NCBI GenBank assembly: GCA_000708835.1
Contig: DF237176.1
Coordinates: forward strand, 70,995 to 134,994
Length of the DNA stretch: 64,000 nt
Source: Klebsormidium nitens
Lineage: Eukaryota > Plantae > Klebsormidiophyceae
Direction: 5' to 3'
Made by a program: the position numbers and the translations under genes. Below the pieces are notes generated by a model. That model saw only the letters and a program-made list of their open reading frames with translations, had not been told where the DNA came from and made no database searches. This document shows positions 61,924-64,000 of the stretch, piece after piece. Position 1 is the stretch's first letter. Each line of letters begins with the position of its first letter.

Positions 61924-63839
61924 TTAGTGTCCAAGGTATATCTGGGAGGTCTGTAGTCGTGTAAACAGTAAATCTATTTGTAACATCACACCCTCCAGCT
62001 TTGGTCGCTTGGCCACCGTGTACATCATACAATCTTGATCTTCACCCGCGTCTTCTGTCAAGTCCACCGTCTCAATGAAGGTCGACTTTGGACCTTGCCT
62101 CTTCTCTTTCTTGACAACTTCCTTCTTGAGTACAGGAGAGTTAGACGTGCTGCTCTCACCAGCCTGCAGATAAACAAGTACGTGAGATTGCAGAAGCAGG
62201 CGCAAGGTCGAGCTTAGCCTTTGTCAAAGTCATCGCGACGGCTGTAAGACTTTCAAAGATTGTAGGATACTGATCAGGATGCCTTGAGACTTGGTGATAA
62301 GTGAATAACGACAAGTGTTTGATGCTACAATGAGCCTTTTCCTGCAGCGCCCCCCTAGTGCCCCATATTAAGACCAGCTTGTCTGGCTTTGGGCTAGTAG
62401 AGACTTGTGTTGACCAAATCTTTATGCGCGCCCCGCGTGGTTCCATTATAGTACACTTGTGACCTTTGACTTGCCTTCCAGCATCTCAAGCATATTAGCA
62501 GGACCTGATTACAAATGTTCAAGGCCCCTGTTTGTAATCCCATCTTTAAAGTGGGCGTAGGACATGCATGTCCACTCCCGACCATCGACGGTGCAGCGAG
62601 CCCAAAAAGGCCGTAATTTCGATCTGGTCCGTCTCAGACTCAGACTCACTAGTGTGCATTTCCCGAGCTTTGAAACCCGACGCCCACTTTAAGAGCCAGG
62701 GCATCAAAGTATGGGTAGCCCAGATCCGGTTGTTTAACATTTGAAGGCCAAACAAACATACCAGCACTTGATTTGCAAAAAAGCGAAGGCTACTCACCTG
62801 TCGCATCGGTCCTGCCACAGAGTTTTCTGCAGCTCGTTGCCTGGTATTCGAGCTTGCTGCTATAATCTGAACGTGAGCAGCTTTTGAAGGGTCCAGGATC
62901 TTCCGGAGCTGAAGAATGGGGGCTGTTTCAAAGCGCAGCTGCATTGTGCATTTCTTGCCACCAAGCTTTTCTCTGTTGTGATAATCCCTTCTCGTGTAGG
63001 CCTCCTGGTCTACTCTGGCTCCTGCCTTGGCACCCAAAGATGGCTGGAGGAAGAATTTCTTCCCTTCAGCCTGCAAAACACAGCGTTGCTCATAAACCAG
63101 CAGCTCAAACAGCATATACGGCAACCACCACTTATTGTGTTCATAAACTTAGACGTGCTGAAAGACTTTCACTGGGGATTCATCAACCTTTGGATCAGGA
63201 GACGAATGGTCTTTGTTTCTAGTTGCTAGAACTCTAGTAGTATGTTGGAAGAAAGTGTTGCAACCACATTCACTGTTGCTGCATTATTCCTCCTATGGCC
63301 TCCTGCAATGCTGAGAATACTCTTGGAGTACTTTGGCTGACCTGCTTGACTGATGTGGCTTCCTCCGGGGCAGTACGTGTCACAGTCTTTGTTCCATGGC
63401 CCAAAAAGTTGCACTGAGAGCAATCGGCTCCTACCAACGCGGGACATGAAAACTCCTCAGTCTCCCCAAAAACAACCTTGATCATACCAAGCTCAGGACT
63501 GTTTGCGACTCCCTGAAAGTCCCCTTCCATCGCTGGAGGTGCGCTGAAAACAAAGGCTTTCTTTGTTTTGTGATCAAGCCACCAGCCATTGTATGTTTTG
63601 CTCGGATGTCGCTGCTCGAGAACGTGACAATACCCACAGCAATTCCCGTCAACATACACGCGGGCTTGGAAAGTCTGATCGGGGTGCTGCAAAGGTTTGC
63701 ATGACACTTGCACCCTGAACTCCTGTCCCGCACTGCAGACAATGTATGTTACGCCCTCGTGGACAAACTCGGGCAATGGCTGGCCGTTGGCATCAGTAAC
63801 GACGACTCCAAAACTTAAGTCCCCCTGTCTCTGGATCAT
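61924..63839 (-). CDS. Uncharacterised DUF7918-like protein, paralogue B (~336 aa)
   Basis: Exons 63839-63342 (DANGQPLPEFVHEGVTYIVCSAGQEF...VYVDGNCCGY...FVFSAP...LGMIKVVF), 63070-62798 (KKFFLQPSLGAKAG...LRFETAPILQLRKIL), 62163-61924 (KKEKRQGPKSTFIETVDLTED), all phase 0. Confidence 0.8.
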
Positions 63840-64000
63840 TTTTCAAGCGGAACTCCCACCTGCTGTTGAGTTGGAACAGTCCGTTCAAATAAGTCCTCAG
63901 AGAAGCTTCGCTTTGTCTCGGAGTCAGAGTCAAGCTTTTGTTTGAAGGTTCAAGCTCTACCTAGAACTACCGTACTACCAAGGTATGATTCCGAATAAAT

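Noticed and set aside
1-64000. tRNA, rRNA or snRNA genes
   Set aside because: No cloverleaf or conserved RNA motifs were recognised by eye; a covariance-model search was not run.

Overview
Intron-rich, GC-rich eukaryotic DNA, most likely a streptophyte alga such as Klebsormidium (inferred from gene content and intron style). The six-frame ORF track mostly catches exon fragments, so I assembled genes by hand from GT-AG junctions with phase checks. In order: a decayed Mutator/Ulp1-like transposon relic (1-4.9 kb), apparently inside an intron of a CRAL-TRIO gene; four paralogues of a Pro/Gln/Tyr-rich, Cys-motif membrane protein (7.6-21.2 kb); a complete 15-exon gene for a 1016-aa two-ATP-grasp protein collinear with animal carnosine synthase CARNS1 (24.9-34.8 kb, the top finding); a Tourist-like MITE with TTA target-site duplication; a GATA-like finger + PHD + SAP30 Sin3-binding fusion gene; two paralogues of an uncharacterised DUF7918-like protein with SIM-like tails; a plant-type S-layer-homology (SLH) plastid protein with one frameshift; and an intronless EID1-like F-box gene. 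Introns repeatedly hold degenerate copies of the adjacent exon end plus its splice site, and intergenic gaps hold palindrome-dense islands. Family assignments come from remembered motifs; no database searches were run.
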